Assembly (NCBI GenBank): GCA_002722695.1
Contig: PBMS01000029.1
Location: 5,724-69,723, forward strand
Direction: 5' to 3'
DNA length: 64,000 nt
DNA from: Methanobacteriota archaeon
GTDB lineage: Archaea; Thermoplasmatota; Poseidoniia; Poseidoniales; Poseidoniaceae
Shown: piece after piece, positions 18,877 through 27,930 of the stretch
How positions within the stretch are numbered: position 1 is the first letter of the stretch
How the letters are laid out: the number at the start of each line of letters is the position of its first letter
Notes under the pieces: model-generated
Databases searched by the model: none
The model's input: the letters and a program-made list of their open reading frames with translations, nothing else
What the model was told of the DNA's origin: nothing
Program-made: the position numbers and the translations under genes

Positions 18877-21702
18877 TCACGAATAGACGACGGCTGGAGA
18901 AAGCGGCATGGCCGAGCCTGATCGACCGGTGTCGTCGTGGTCGCTTTCGCCGACCACCACCATCACCGCCTCAAGGCCGAGTTCGACGGCGATGAACGCA
19001 CTCGCAGCGTCGAGGACAGCCTGTTCCTCCATGGTTGACGCAACGACGGCTTTTGACGCATCGTCCCACTTGAACACCTGCGGAAGCATTTTTTTGCCCC
19101 AGAACCCAATCATCTCGCCTTTTCGCTCACCTTGGGTCATCGGCATTTCTTGAAGGATCGGTATGAATTTCTTCGGATGACCACCGTCGTGTATGAACGT
19201 CAGCGCTGCTCGAGCCATGGTGCGCTTCCACGACGGAGCCACAACAAACGTCGCCTGAGATGCGGACGTCCCGAGATGGCGTTCCGCAACCACACGAACC
19301 TTTCTGGCTTGTTCGAGGACGTCTCGGATGTATTGCTCCGCAGAGAGCACGAGGTTCTGTTCATCCGTGAGAGGAGCTGGCAGAGGCAACGTGCTGCCGG
19401 AAACGAAGGTCGAGGTGGAATCGAGGTTCGCCCACCACTCTTCGGCGAGATGCGGTGTTGAGACCGAGACCATTTGAGCCCAGATCGGCAACCAACGATG
19501 AGCGACCTCAAGATTTTCTCCGCCTCGGCGTGTGTACCAGTTGATGTCTTTGATGATGTCGTAATGCGATATCTCGACGGCTCGACGCAAATCGTATTCA
19601 TCCATCGCCGTGCAGAATTCATGCGTGCGCTGGGTCATTCGAGCGTCCAACCAAGCGTCCATCGGTGAAGGCTTGACCTTCCAGGCGGTGAGTTGGTGAG
19701 GCATGGACCGCATCTGCACCATCACGCGATGGTTCGCATCCAGTGCGGTGTCGGACCAGTCCATGCCGGCCGTGGGGTTGGCGGCGAAGAGAATGAACAG
19801 ACGCACGGTGTCTGCCCCGTACAGCGAGATCATCTCCTCGGGAGAAACGGTGTTGCCAAGCGATTTGCTCATCTTGGCCGATCGTGAACTCAACTCGCTG
19901 CCGCATTGAGGACAGGGGCTTCCTTCGTGCACGGTTGGGAGCGTGATGCCGCACGGTTGACAAAACGGTGCTGCCTTGTTGACCATCCCTTGACACAGAA
20001 GCTCGTTGAAGGGTTCGGCCACATCCGTCAACCCCAGATCTCGGAGCGCCTTGGTCATGAAGCGAGCGTAAATGAGGTGCATTTGGGCGTGCTCAATACC
20101 GCCGCAGTAGAAATCCACCTGCATCCAATGGTCGGCGATGTTCTTGGCGAACGCTTGGTCGTCGTTGAGCGGATCGGTGTAGCGTAGGAAGTACCAGCTC
20201 GAATCCATGAACGTGTCCATGGTGTCGGTCTCCCGCCGGGCTGGTTTGCCGCACTTTGGGCAATCCACGTTGACGAAGGTCTCAGAGGTTTCCAATGGGT
20301 TTCCGTGGCCGAACACCACGTCGCGCGGGAGTTCAACCGGGAGATCCTCTTCAGGGACCGGCACCGCCCCACAATCGTCGCAATGGATAACGGGTATAGG
20401 AGTCCCCCAATACCGTTGGCGAGACACGAGCCATGGACGTATTTTCCAGTTGATGGTTTGATGCCCTCTTGAGCGCTCTTCGAGGGCCTGGCATACGGCG
20501 TCCTTGGCAGCTTGACCGTACAGACCGTCGAAGCCCTCCACCGGGCTGTTCACCATCCAGCCAAGATCGATTTCCGCTTTGCTCATCGGTGCCGCTGGAT
20601 CTGCCCCCTCCTTCATGACAAGCACGCGCTGAATGGGAATGCCGTATTTTTTTGCAAAATCAAAATCGCGCTCATCGTGAGCAGGAACGGCCATGACGGC
20701 CCCGGTTCCGTAGGTTGCGATCACGAAATTTCCAAACCAGATGGGCACCCGTTCCTCGGTCAATGGATGAACAGCGTAGCGACCGGAGAAAATGCCCTTC
20801 TTTTTGTTCATGTTCTTGATTCTGTCAAATTCGGCAATGGTGGCCATCTCGTCATGAAATTCTCTCCATACGGGCTCATGTTCGGTGCCGGCCACGAGCG
20901 ATTCAGCGAGGGGATGTTCCGGCGCTAAGGTGACGAAGGTGGCGCCAAACAACGTGTCCGGGCGAGTGGTGAACACGTCGATGGTCTCCTCTCGTCCTTC
21001 GATGCTGAACTGGATGTTGGCGCCTTCAGAACGACCCAGCCAGTCCAACTGGAGGGATTTCACGTGCTCAGGAAATGCAATGCTGTCCAACCCGTCTTCG
21101 AGCTCTTGACAGTAAGCGGGGAGGTCGAGGAACCACTGACTCATTTCCTTCTGAGCCACCGGGCCGTTGCATCGCCAGCAACGCCCAGCCTTGACCTGTT
21201 CGTTGGCGAGGACGGTGCTGCAGGATTGACACCAATTAACGGGCGCAAATTCTCGACGAGCCAATCCATTTTCCATGAATTTTGTGAAAAACCACTGATT
21301 CCATTTGTAATATCGGGGGTCGTGGCTTTTGAGCGTCCGTCGCCAATCGTAAGAGAACCCCATCCGCTTGATTTGCTCGGTGATGGACGCCATGTTGCGC
21401 TCGGTGATGTCGTGAGGATGGCCGCCTTCGGAGATGGCTGCGTTTTCTGCAGGCATCCCGAAGGAATCAAAGCCCATTGGGTAGAGGACATCAAAGCCCA
21501 TCAGGCGCTTGAACCGGGCCACTGCATCGCCGATGGAGTAGTTTCTGACGTGCCCCATGTGCATTTTACCGGATGGGTACGGGTACATCTCAAGACAGTA
21601 GAACTTGGGTCGGTCCGGGTGAAGGTCGGCATGAAACAAACCGGCATCGTCCCATTGCCGCTGCCAACCGACTTCGTCAACCGGCGTCGTTTCCACTGAC
21701 AT
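18877..21702 (-). CDS. leuS: leucine--tRNA ligase
   Basis: PYPSGKMHMGHVRNY, FTTRPDTLFG, GTGAVMAVPAHDERD, SRQRYWGTPIP, RETDTMDTF and KMSKS. Confidence 0.97.
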   Translation of the reverse strand: MSVETTPVDEVGWQRQWDDAGLFHADLHPDRPKFYCLEMYPYPSGKMHMGHVRNYSIGDAVARFKRLMGFDVLYPMGFDSFGMPAENAAISEGGHPHDITERNMASITEQIKRMGFSYDWRRTLKSHDPRYYKWNQWFFTKFMENGLARREFAPVNWCQSCSTVLANEQVKAGRCWRCNGPVAQKEMSQWFLDLPAYCQELEDGLDSIAFPEHVKSLQLDWLGRSEGANIQFSIEGREETIDVFTTRPDTLFGATFVTLAPEHPLAESLVAGTEHEPVWREFHDEMATIAEFDRIKNMNKKKGIFSGRYAVHPLTEERVPIWFGNFVIATYGTGAVMAVPAHDERDFDFAKKYGIPIQRVLVMKEGADPAAPMSKAEIDLGWMVNSPVEGFDGLYGQAAKDAVCQALEERSRGHQTINWKIRPWLVSRQRYWGTPIPVIHCDDCGAVPVPEEDLPVELPRDVVFGHGNPLETSETFVNVDCPKCGKPARRETDTMDTFMDSSWYFLRYTDPLNDDQAFAKNIADHWMQVDFYCGGIEHAQMHLIYARFMTKALRDLGLTDVAEPFNELLCQGMVNKAAPFCQPCGITLPTVHEGSPCPQCGSELSSRSAKMSKSLGNTVSPEEMISLYGADTVRLFILFAANPTAGMDWSDTALDANHRVMVQMRSMPHQLTAWKVKPSPMDAWLDARMTQRTHEFCTAMDEYDLRRAVEISHYDIIKDINWYTRRGGENLEVAHRWLPIWAQMVSVSTPHLAEEWWANLDSTSTFVSGSTLPLPAPLTDEQNLVLSAEQYIRDVLEQARKVRVVAERHLGTSASQATFVVAPSWKRTMARAALTFIHDGGHPKKFIPILQEMPMTQGERKGEMIGFWGKKMLPQVFKWDDASKAVVASTMEEQAVLDAASAFIAVELGLEAVMVVVGESDHDDTGRSGSAMPLSPAVVYS

Positions 21703-21798
21703 GCTGCATCACCGCCCTGAGGACAGCCCGACCCACTCGCCAACACGCTATGAAATCCACGCTTCAAATCGTGCCACACGACGAAGAATCCAAGGGAT

Positions 21799-24357
21799 TC
21801 AAACGAAGTCGGTGTTGGTGAAGTCGTCGCTGGTCTCCAGCAAGAACACGGCTTCTCGAGTGAGTTTGTATCGGTTTTTGACGCCCATCTTTCTTCGTTC
21901 AACCAGGCCGAATTTTTGCAAGGTTCGCAGGTGATGAGAAATCAATTGCTGGCTCTTCTCAAGTCGCTTCGCAAGCTCGGCCTGCGTTGGGAATTGGCCG
22001 AGTCCACCTTCGCGATCGAGCAGGTTGAGGATCTTTCCCTGCAGACTGTTCGGATCGGGTGAAAGGGGTGGGACCGGCAGGTCTTCCTCGGGCATGTTGG
22101 GGTGAAGCTGATTGGTCAACGGGTAAAAGCGAACCAAGCGCCCGTCGGACTTCCGCCACACGTGCTCTTCCGCTTCCAGCACTCGAAGGTGGTGGGTGAT
22201 TTGCCCGTTGCTCATGTCGAGGGCGCTCATCAACGCACGGAAGTGGCAGCCGGGGTTGGCGGTTAGATACCCCATCAACCGACCGCGCTGATAGCGCCCG
22301 TCGGTGGTTTCGTGGGTCTTTCCGATGAGGCCGAGGAACCACAGGCCTGCGGCTGTGGCCGGAATCCGCAAGGCTTCATTGGTGGCGGTGGCCACCAGGA
22401 AAAGCGACAACACCGAAGTCGTGATGACGACCACGGCCACCGAAACCGCTGTGCTTGGCGAGGGTGCTTCTTGGACGGCTTCGACCGGTGCCGCCGCAGC
22501 ATCGGTGGAGTCGTCCTCCGCCTGCAGACTGGCTTCCATGCGGACCTCAAGGACTTCCACAGAGGGTGCGAGGTAGTCTGCACAAGCGGGTGAAGGCTCG
22601 GTCGGTGATACGACATAGAGCCCTTCGACGAGAGAACTGGGTTCCCAGGAGGGAAGGGTTCGTGCGTTGGACAGCAGATACGTGGATCCGTCTGTGTCCA
22701 TTGCATGACAGACGCCCCGGTCCGTGAGGAGGCCAAACCACGTGCCGAGCAGTTCGAACGTTTCGGGCTCAACCGTCGCTTCCTCCGCATCATCGGTTCC
22801 CGTAAAGTCAGCTGGCCAAGCAAAAGGCATGCTGGTGGAAGCGGCGGACGTGGAGAGGACGGTGAGACGAAGGGTGTAGAAGCCGTCGGGGAGAATGGGG
22901 GTGCCGTCCTGGATCAAACGAACATCAAGGTCGTCGAATTGGAGCGGTTCTGAGTCCCCAGGGATGAGAATCTTCCGTCCATCGTAAGCGTCGCAAAGGG
23001 TCTGGAACATGTGAATTGAGACTTGGTCTTCGTCAAGGAATTCAACCTCAAAGGAACACGGCTGAGCCATCCTCAAATGATGGGGTTCAGCGTTGGAAAC
23101 GGTCGGTACCACTCGCAACGTGTCCTCGCCTGACCATTCCAACGTGGCCTCGAGCAAAGCCGATTGAGTCGGGGCGCAGGGGTTGGTTTCTCCGGGGTGG
23201 AAATCTATGCGTTGCGTGGTGCTCATACCGAGCTCAGGAAGTTCAGCCACCACGGTGTACACACCGGGCTCGGCCTTGCAACCGTCGGCTGTGAAGAAGT
23301 TCCACTGAGGAAGCGTGAAGCGTTCGGTTTCGCCTGTGGAAAGCGCCATTTCCAATTCAATATCGACGCAGTTCGCTTCCTCCCGGCTGTCAAAGACAAC
23401 GTCGCCCAAATCGTTGACCACCCACATCTCTGCCTTGCACGAGGTGGTGAACTCCAAAACCACCTGCTCTTCCAGCGAGTTGCTGAGCAACACTTCGCTG
23501 ATCAGAACGTCGTTTGAGCCGAAGGCGGGAAGCTCGTTTCCGCTGAGCGCGAGCGTCATGTCCAGTGCCAGGATGTCTGGGCCCTCGCTCTGACTCAGCA
23601 GGGTGGTGAAGATGGACACACCACCGGACGAAGCGATGGACACGCTTGACGACGGGTCAGCGCTGAATTGTTCCACGAGGATCATCTCACCCGGCATGAG
23701 AAGGTCAACGCCCGCCGTGCACGGGGCACCCAATCTGTGAACGTCGTCGATTGTAAGTTCAAGCAAGCACGGTGTTGCTGATGGAAGAACGACGCTTTCC
23801 GGCAAGGGGTTGTGGAGATTGACCATGTGAACCACAGGACCGCTGGACGTCCGCTGAGCGGTTTCCACCGAGTACACGAGTCCCGTGGGGAGGGGCACCG
23901 GCGTCTGGATGGTGACGAGTTCAGTGGTCGAAATCCCCGATGAATGCATCAGTTCAACGCTGTATTCGCCGCTTTCAAGCCACAGGCCTTCGTTGTCTTT
24001 CATGGACCATGTCATCGCCTCGTACTCAACTCGCTCACCCGCAAACACGTCCATCCCCTGCTCACGGGAAGGGCATGCGTCCGCACCGTTGACGAGTTGG
24101 ACGCCGGTGGCGTTGTAGACGTTGATGTACAACGGACAGGAGGGGTTGACGGTGAGTGTGACGTCAGGGCCGCTGTTGGACAGCGTCGGGACCAACACAA
24201 GCGGCTGATCGGGTGAATACCACGGCTGGTCGGGAATGCTCTGTGGGACGGCCTCGAGAACAACGTTGCCTTCATCGGCCGACGCCATGCCGATGAACAG
24301 CGAGGTCAACAACAACCCCGCAAGGACCAACATACGGCCTGTCGGCTTCTCGCCCAT
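21799..24357 (-). CDS. membrane-anchored transcription regulator: signal peptide, repeated Ig-like (BsuPI-like) ectodomains, TM helix, tandem winged HTH
   Basis: Hydrophobic N-terminus ending ASA, TM segment VSVAVVVITTSVLSLFLVA, wHTH1 NPGCHFRALMSALDMSNGQITHHLRVLE and wHTH2 TQAELAKRLEKSQQLISHHLRTLQKFGLV. Confidence 0.82.
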   Translation of the reverse strand: MGEKPTGRMLVLAGLLLTSLFIGMASADEGNVVLEAVPQSIPDQPWYSPDQPLVLVPTLSNSGPDVTLTVNPSCPLYINVYNATGVQLVNGADACPSREQGMDVFAGERVEYEAMTWSMKDNEGLWLESGEYSVELMHSSGISTTELVTIQTPVPLPTGLVYSVETAQRTSSGPVVHMVNLHNPLPESVVLPSATPCLLELTIDDVHRLGAPCTAGVDLLMPGEMILVEQFSADPSSSVSIASSGGVSIFTTLLSQSEGPDILALDMTLALSGNELPAFGSNDVLISEVLLSNSLEEQVVLEFTTSCKAEMWVVNDLGDVVFDSREEANCVDIELEMALSTGETERFTLPQWNFFTADGCKAEPGVYTVVAELPELGMSTTQRIDFHPGETNPCAPTQSALLEATLEWSGEDTLRVVPTVSNAEPHHLRMAQPCSFEVEFLDEDQVSIHMFQTLCDAYDGRKILIPGDSEPLQFDDLDVRLIQDGTPILPDGFYTLRLTVLSTSAASTSMPFAWPADFTGTDDAEEATVEPETFELLGTWFGLLTDRGVCHAMDTDGSTYLLSNARTLPSWEPSSLVEGLYVVSPTEPSPACADYLAPSVEVLEVRMEASLQAEDDSTDAAAAPVEAVQEAPSPSTAVSVAVVVITTSVLSLFLVATATNEALRIPATAAGLWFLGLIGKTHETTDGRYQRGRLMGYLTANPGCHFRALMSALDMSNGQITHHLRVLEAEEHVWRKSDGRLVRFYPLTNQLHPNMPEEDLPVPPLSPDPNSLQGKILNLLDREGGLGQFPTQAELAKRLEKSQQLISHHLRTLQKFGLVERRKMGVKNRYKLTREAVFLLETSDDFTNTDFV

Positions 24358-24415
24358 GTGAAAACATGACCCGTTCTCCTTTGAAAGGGCAGCGGTGCAA
24401 AAGGTGTGTGAACCA

Positions 24416-27400
24416 TCACAGGTTTTCAAGGTCCATCATCGTTGGAATGGCAGCGTCTTGTGCGGCTTGCTGTTGCATTTCGTACTGCTTCCACTCCGGC
24501 AAGCCCTCGGACCCTTCCCAACCGAGTGCGCGGGCCTCTGTGTAATTCCCTTCGGCGAGGTAGTGTTGAATCCACGCTTGTCGACGTTCCTCTTCTTCAG
24601 CAACCGATGCTTGGGCAAGTTGGCCCTCTCGCTTGGCGGCCAGAGCCTTCCGCCTTCCAGCGGCACGAGCGACCTGAGCGACAACAATCAAGGCGAGCAG
24701 GAAGATGATCACGCCAGCCATGAGCTGCAGCGTTCCGTTTTCACCGCTAAGAAGTGAAGAGCCTCCGCCGTCGTTGGATTGAAGATTGGGATCCGAGGTG
24801 ATGCCGCAAACAGCCGTGGACCGGGAGCCCTGAGAGACATCGGGATCCCAAGGGCACGGATCTGCGTCGTCTGAAACACCGTCGTTGTCCGCATCGGGAC
24901 ATCCGAACTCTTCGTTCGCGGTTGACGTTCCGGGCACCTTCGGGCACGCATCGGGCTGATAGGAGCCTGTTACAGCGTTGTCGCCGTAGCCGTCCCCGTC
25001 AAAGTCGTTCCACTGCGTCACTCGAAGCGGGAAGTTATCGACGCGATTTGAACTGCTTTGGTTGTCGCCCCAGCCGTCTCCATCGATGTCGGACCACTGG
25101 CTGGCGATCTCCGGGAACGCATCGCCGCGCTGTTCTCGCAGCACCAGGAACATACCTTGGTTCTCCGTGTCAGCCTCGGTAACGTTCTCCCAGTAGTAGT
25201 TGTCACCCCAGCCATCGCCGTCGAAGTCTTCCCACTGCTCCTGGTCGGTTGGGAAGAGATCGTCAACGTCGGCATAGCCGTCCAAATCAGCATCGGGGCA
25301 CCCGTGGCGGCCTTCCTCAAACGACTTTCCAAAGACGTCAACGCAATCGTCGCCGCTGGGCACGTTGGTGTTGTCACCAAAGCCATCACCGTCGCTGTCG
25401 GCCCACTGGAACGGGTCGGAAGGGAACGCATCCAAGGGATCGGTTACACCGTCCAGGTCCGAGTCGGGGCACCCACGACTCAATTCTGCTTGCGATTCAC
25501 CGTAGTCAAGGGGACACACGTCGCCGTTTTGACCGTCGGTGTTGTCGCCGTACCCGTCGCCGTCCTCGTCACTCCACTGCGTTGAATCCGTTGGGAAGGC
25601 GTCGCCGTTGAATCCACCTGGATTGTCGCCGTAGCCGTCACCGTCACTGTCCTTCCATTGACTGGTGTCGTCGGGGAACGCATCGGGGTTGTTGCCACTG
25701 GCGTTGTCCCCACGGTTGTCGCCGTCTCGATCCGACCATTGAGTGCCGTCATCGGGGAAGGGGTCGCCAGCGTTTGAGTAGCCATCACCGTCTCGATCAG
25801 CGCATCCAATTCGGTCGATGGTGGACGAGCCCGGGTTGTTGGGGCACTCGTCGGGTTGATTCCCTTCGGGGTTGCTGCCAAATCCGTCGTTGTCTTCGTC
25901 GCACCACTGCGTGGGGTCGTCTGGGAACGCATCGGCACCAAAGCAATCGCTCGTGCTGGGCCAGCCCGCCGTTGGGTCGGAGTACCCGTCACTGTCGGTG
26001 TCAGGACACCCAAGACGATCGTATTGGGAGTCACCCCACGCGTTGGGGCAGGCGTCGGCTCGGTCGCTGTTGGGGTTGTCACCCACCCAGTCGCCGTCGC
26101 TGTCCATGTGTTGGGTTCGATCGAGCGGGAAGACGTCGGGTTGGTTCGCCGCAGGAAGGAGCAGGCCAGGCCACTCAAACGGTCGGTAGGCATTCCATGA
26201 TTCATTCTCGTAGTTGTCCCCAAAACCGTCACCGTCCGTGTCGTTCCACTGGGTGGGGTCGTTGGGGAAAGCATCACCCGACTGGTTCACGTGGTATTGG
26301 TACTCGTCCAGTTCAAAGAGGTAGTTGTCGCCGTAGCCGTCCTCATCGGCGTCCACCCACTGACTCGGGTCGAGCACCGCCCAGTCGCCTTCGTCGGACC
26401 AACCGTCGCCGTCGGCGTCGGGGCAACCGTAGCGGTCTTCGGTGGACGTCCCTGGCGTGCTGGGGCAGGCGTCGGGCTCGTTGGCTGGAGCGGGGTTGTC
26501 CCCGTACCCGTCGTTGTCCGTGTCGTCCCATTGGGTTCCGTCGGAGGGGAACGCATCGACAACACCGTCGCCTTGGTCGGTGGTGTTGTAGCCGTCGTTG
26601 TCCTCATCGATGTCAGCAAACCAGTAGTAAACGCCCTCGTCGTTGCGCCCGTGAGCCGTGACGATGTGGGTTGAGTCAGGGCTCCACGCCACGCCGTACA
26701 TGGTTCCGCACTGGTTGTTGCCTCCTGACGTGCAACCCCCCGGTCGTGGACCGCTGAACGAATCGATTTGATTGCCGGTGTAAGACTCGAAGACACGAGC
26801 GGTGGCACCGTCACTCTGGTACCAGTACATGCCCGCAACAACTTGCGAACCGTCCGATGAGAAGGTCGTGGATGCACACGATGTCGAGATCGTTGTTTGC
26901 CAAATGCGATTCCAAGAACCGCTTCCGTATTGATACATGTCAAAACTTGCCGATTGGCCTTCCCAGCCTCCGCACATGGAGATGTAATTGCCGTCCGGAG
27001 ACCACGCCACGGCGTTCACGGCAGCGGGGGGATTGGTGAACGTCCACGTCGTTGACCCGGAGGTGGTGTTCACGATGTAGATGTCACCATTACCGGCCAG
27101 CGCAATGTACTGACCGTCGGGAGAGAATGCAGTGTCGAAAAATCGATCTTCGCTGTTGGGGTTGAGGGTGTAAAGTTCCGCTCCCGTTTGCACGTCGTAG
27201 ATGGCCACTTCCCCGTTGGTGCCTTGATTGCCGTTTTCACGTCCAATCGCCACGGCTACCTTGGAGCTGTCGGGCGAGAATTCCACACTGTTCACGAGAT
27301 CGTTTCCGCCGACGTCGACGCTGCTCACGTCGTAAACCAACGACAGGTTGTTGCTGTAGAGGATGGCCAACGAATCGTTGTTGAGGCCGGCTGCGATGTA

Positions 27401-27841
27401 CATGCCGTCACCCGAGTAGTCGACGGTGGTCACTGCGGTGTTTGCGTTGAACGACCGCAGGTTGGTCCACGTGCTTGCGTTCCATATTCGAACGAATCCG
27501 TCTTCTGATCCGGTAACGATGAATTCCCCGCTGGGCGAATATTCAACAGCGTAGTAATCGTTGCTTGAACTTGTGGTGAACTCGTTCTGATAGTTGGGGT
27601 TGCTGATGACCCACGGGTCGCTGAAATCAGAGGTCCCGTCGCCGTCGCGATCCGGACAGCCGTCCTTGTCGACCGTTGAGGTGCCGGCAGCCCAAGGGCA
27701 GTCGTCGGCGCTGTCCTGAACCCCATCGCCATCGGAATCTGCGGCTTGGGTTGCAAGACTGGTCACGGAAACAAGAAACAGGAACACCAAGAGGACGGCG
27801 CCGTGTTTTCGATGCGAGCGGGTCTCGGCAGATTTTGCCAT
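24416..27841 (-). CDS. secreted, membrane-anchored WD40 propeller plus long DxDGDG (TSP3-like) Ca-binding repeat protein
   Basis: Signal peptide, WD40 blades (YSPSGEFIVTGSEDGFVRIWN, FSPDG, WSPDG), many QW.D.DGDG.GDN units and a C-terminal TM helix. Confidence 0.9.
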   Translation of the reverse strand: MAKSAETRSHRKHGAVLLVFLFLVSVTSLATQAADSDGDGVQDSADDCPWAAGTSTVDKDGCPDRDGDGTSDFSDPWVISNPNYQNEFTTSSSNDYYAVEYSPSGEFIVTGSEDGFVRIWNASTWTNLRSFNANTAVTTVDYSGDGMYIAAGLNNDSLAILYSNNLSLVYDVSSVDVGGNDLVNSVEFSPDSSKVAVAIGRENGNQGTNGEVAIYDVQTGAELYTLNPNSEDRFFDTAFSPDGQYIALAGNGDIYIVNTTSGSTTWTFTNPPAAVNAVAWSPDGNYISMCGGWEGQSASFDMYQYGSGSWNRIWQTTISTSCASTTFSSDGSQVVAGMYWYQSDGATARVFESYTGNQIDSFSGPRPGGCTSGGNNQCGTMYGVAWSPDSTHIVTAHGRNDEGVYYWFADIDEDNDGYNTTDQGDGVVDAFPSDGTQWDDTDNDGYGDNPAPANEPDACPSTPGTSTEDRYGCPDADGDGWSDEGDWAVLDPSQWVDADEDGYGDNYLFELDEYQYHVNQSGDAFPNDPTQWNDTDGDGFGDNYENESWNAYRPFEWPGLLLPAANQPDVFPLDRTQHMDSDGDWVGDNPNSDRADACPNAWGDSQYDRLGCPDTDSDGYSDPTAGWPSTSDCFGADAFPDDPTQWCDEDNDGFGSNPEGNQPDECPNNPGSSTIDRIGCADRDGDGYSNAGDPFPDDGTQWSDRDGDNRGDNASGNNPDAFPDDTSQWKDSDGDGYGDNPGGFNGDAFPTDSTQWSDEDGDGYGDNTDGQNGDVCPLDYGESQAELSRGCPDSDLDGVTDPLDAFPSDPFQWADSDGDGFGDNTNVPSGDDCVDVFGKSFEEGRHGCPDADLDGYADVDDLFPTDQEQWEDFDGDGWGDNYYWENVTEADTENQGMFLVLREQRGDAFPEIASQWSDIDGDGWGDNQSSSNRVDNFPLRVTQWNDFDGDGYGDNAVTGSYQPDACPKVPGTSTANEEFGCPDADNDGVSDDADPCPWDPDVSQGSRSTAVCGITSDPNLQSNDGGGSSLLSGENGTLQLMAGVIIFLLALIVVAQVARAAGRRKALAAKREGQLAQASVAEEEERRQAWIQHYLAEGNYTEARALGWEGSEGLPEWKQYEMQQQAAQDAAIPTMMDLENL

Positions 27842-27930
27842 GCTTCGCCTACCTTTGTCCCTATAAAGGGCTTTTTGCCCAAATGCTCAGACAAGAAGAG
27901 CGACCAAGTCGGGCACAAAGTCTTGAACAC

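Noticed and set aside
24850..26620. DNA repeats suggesting an array or diversity-generating element (also 17680-18680)
   Set aside because: They are explained by coding DxDGDG Ca-binding repeats. No reverse transcriptase or template/variable repeat pair was seen.
27676..27930. Extended N-termini from the ORF track (also 15069-16334, 58947-61172, 60801-62201, 35832-37208)
   Set aside because: The extensions overlap neighbouring genes or promoters. Downstream ATGs fit the family starts better.
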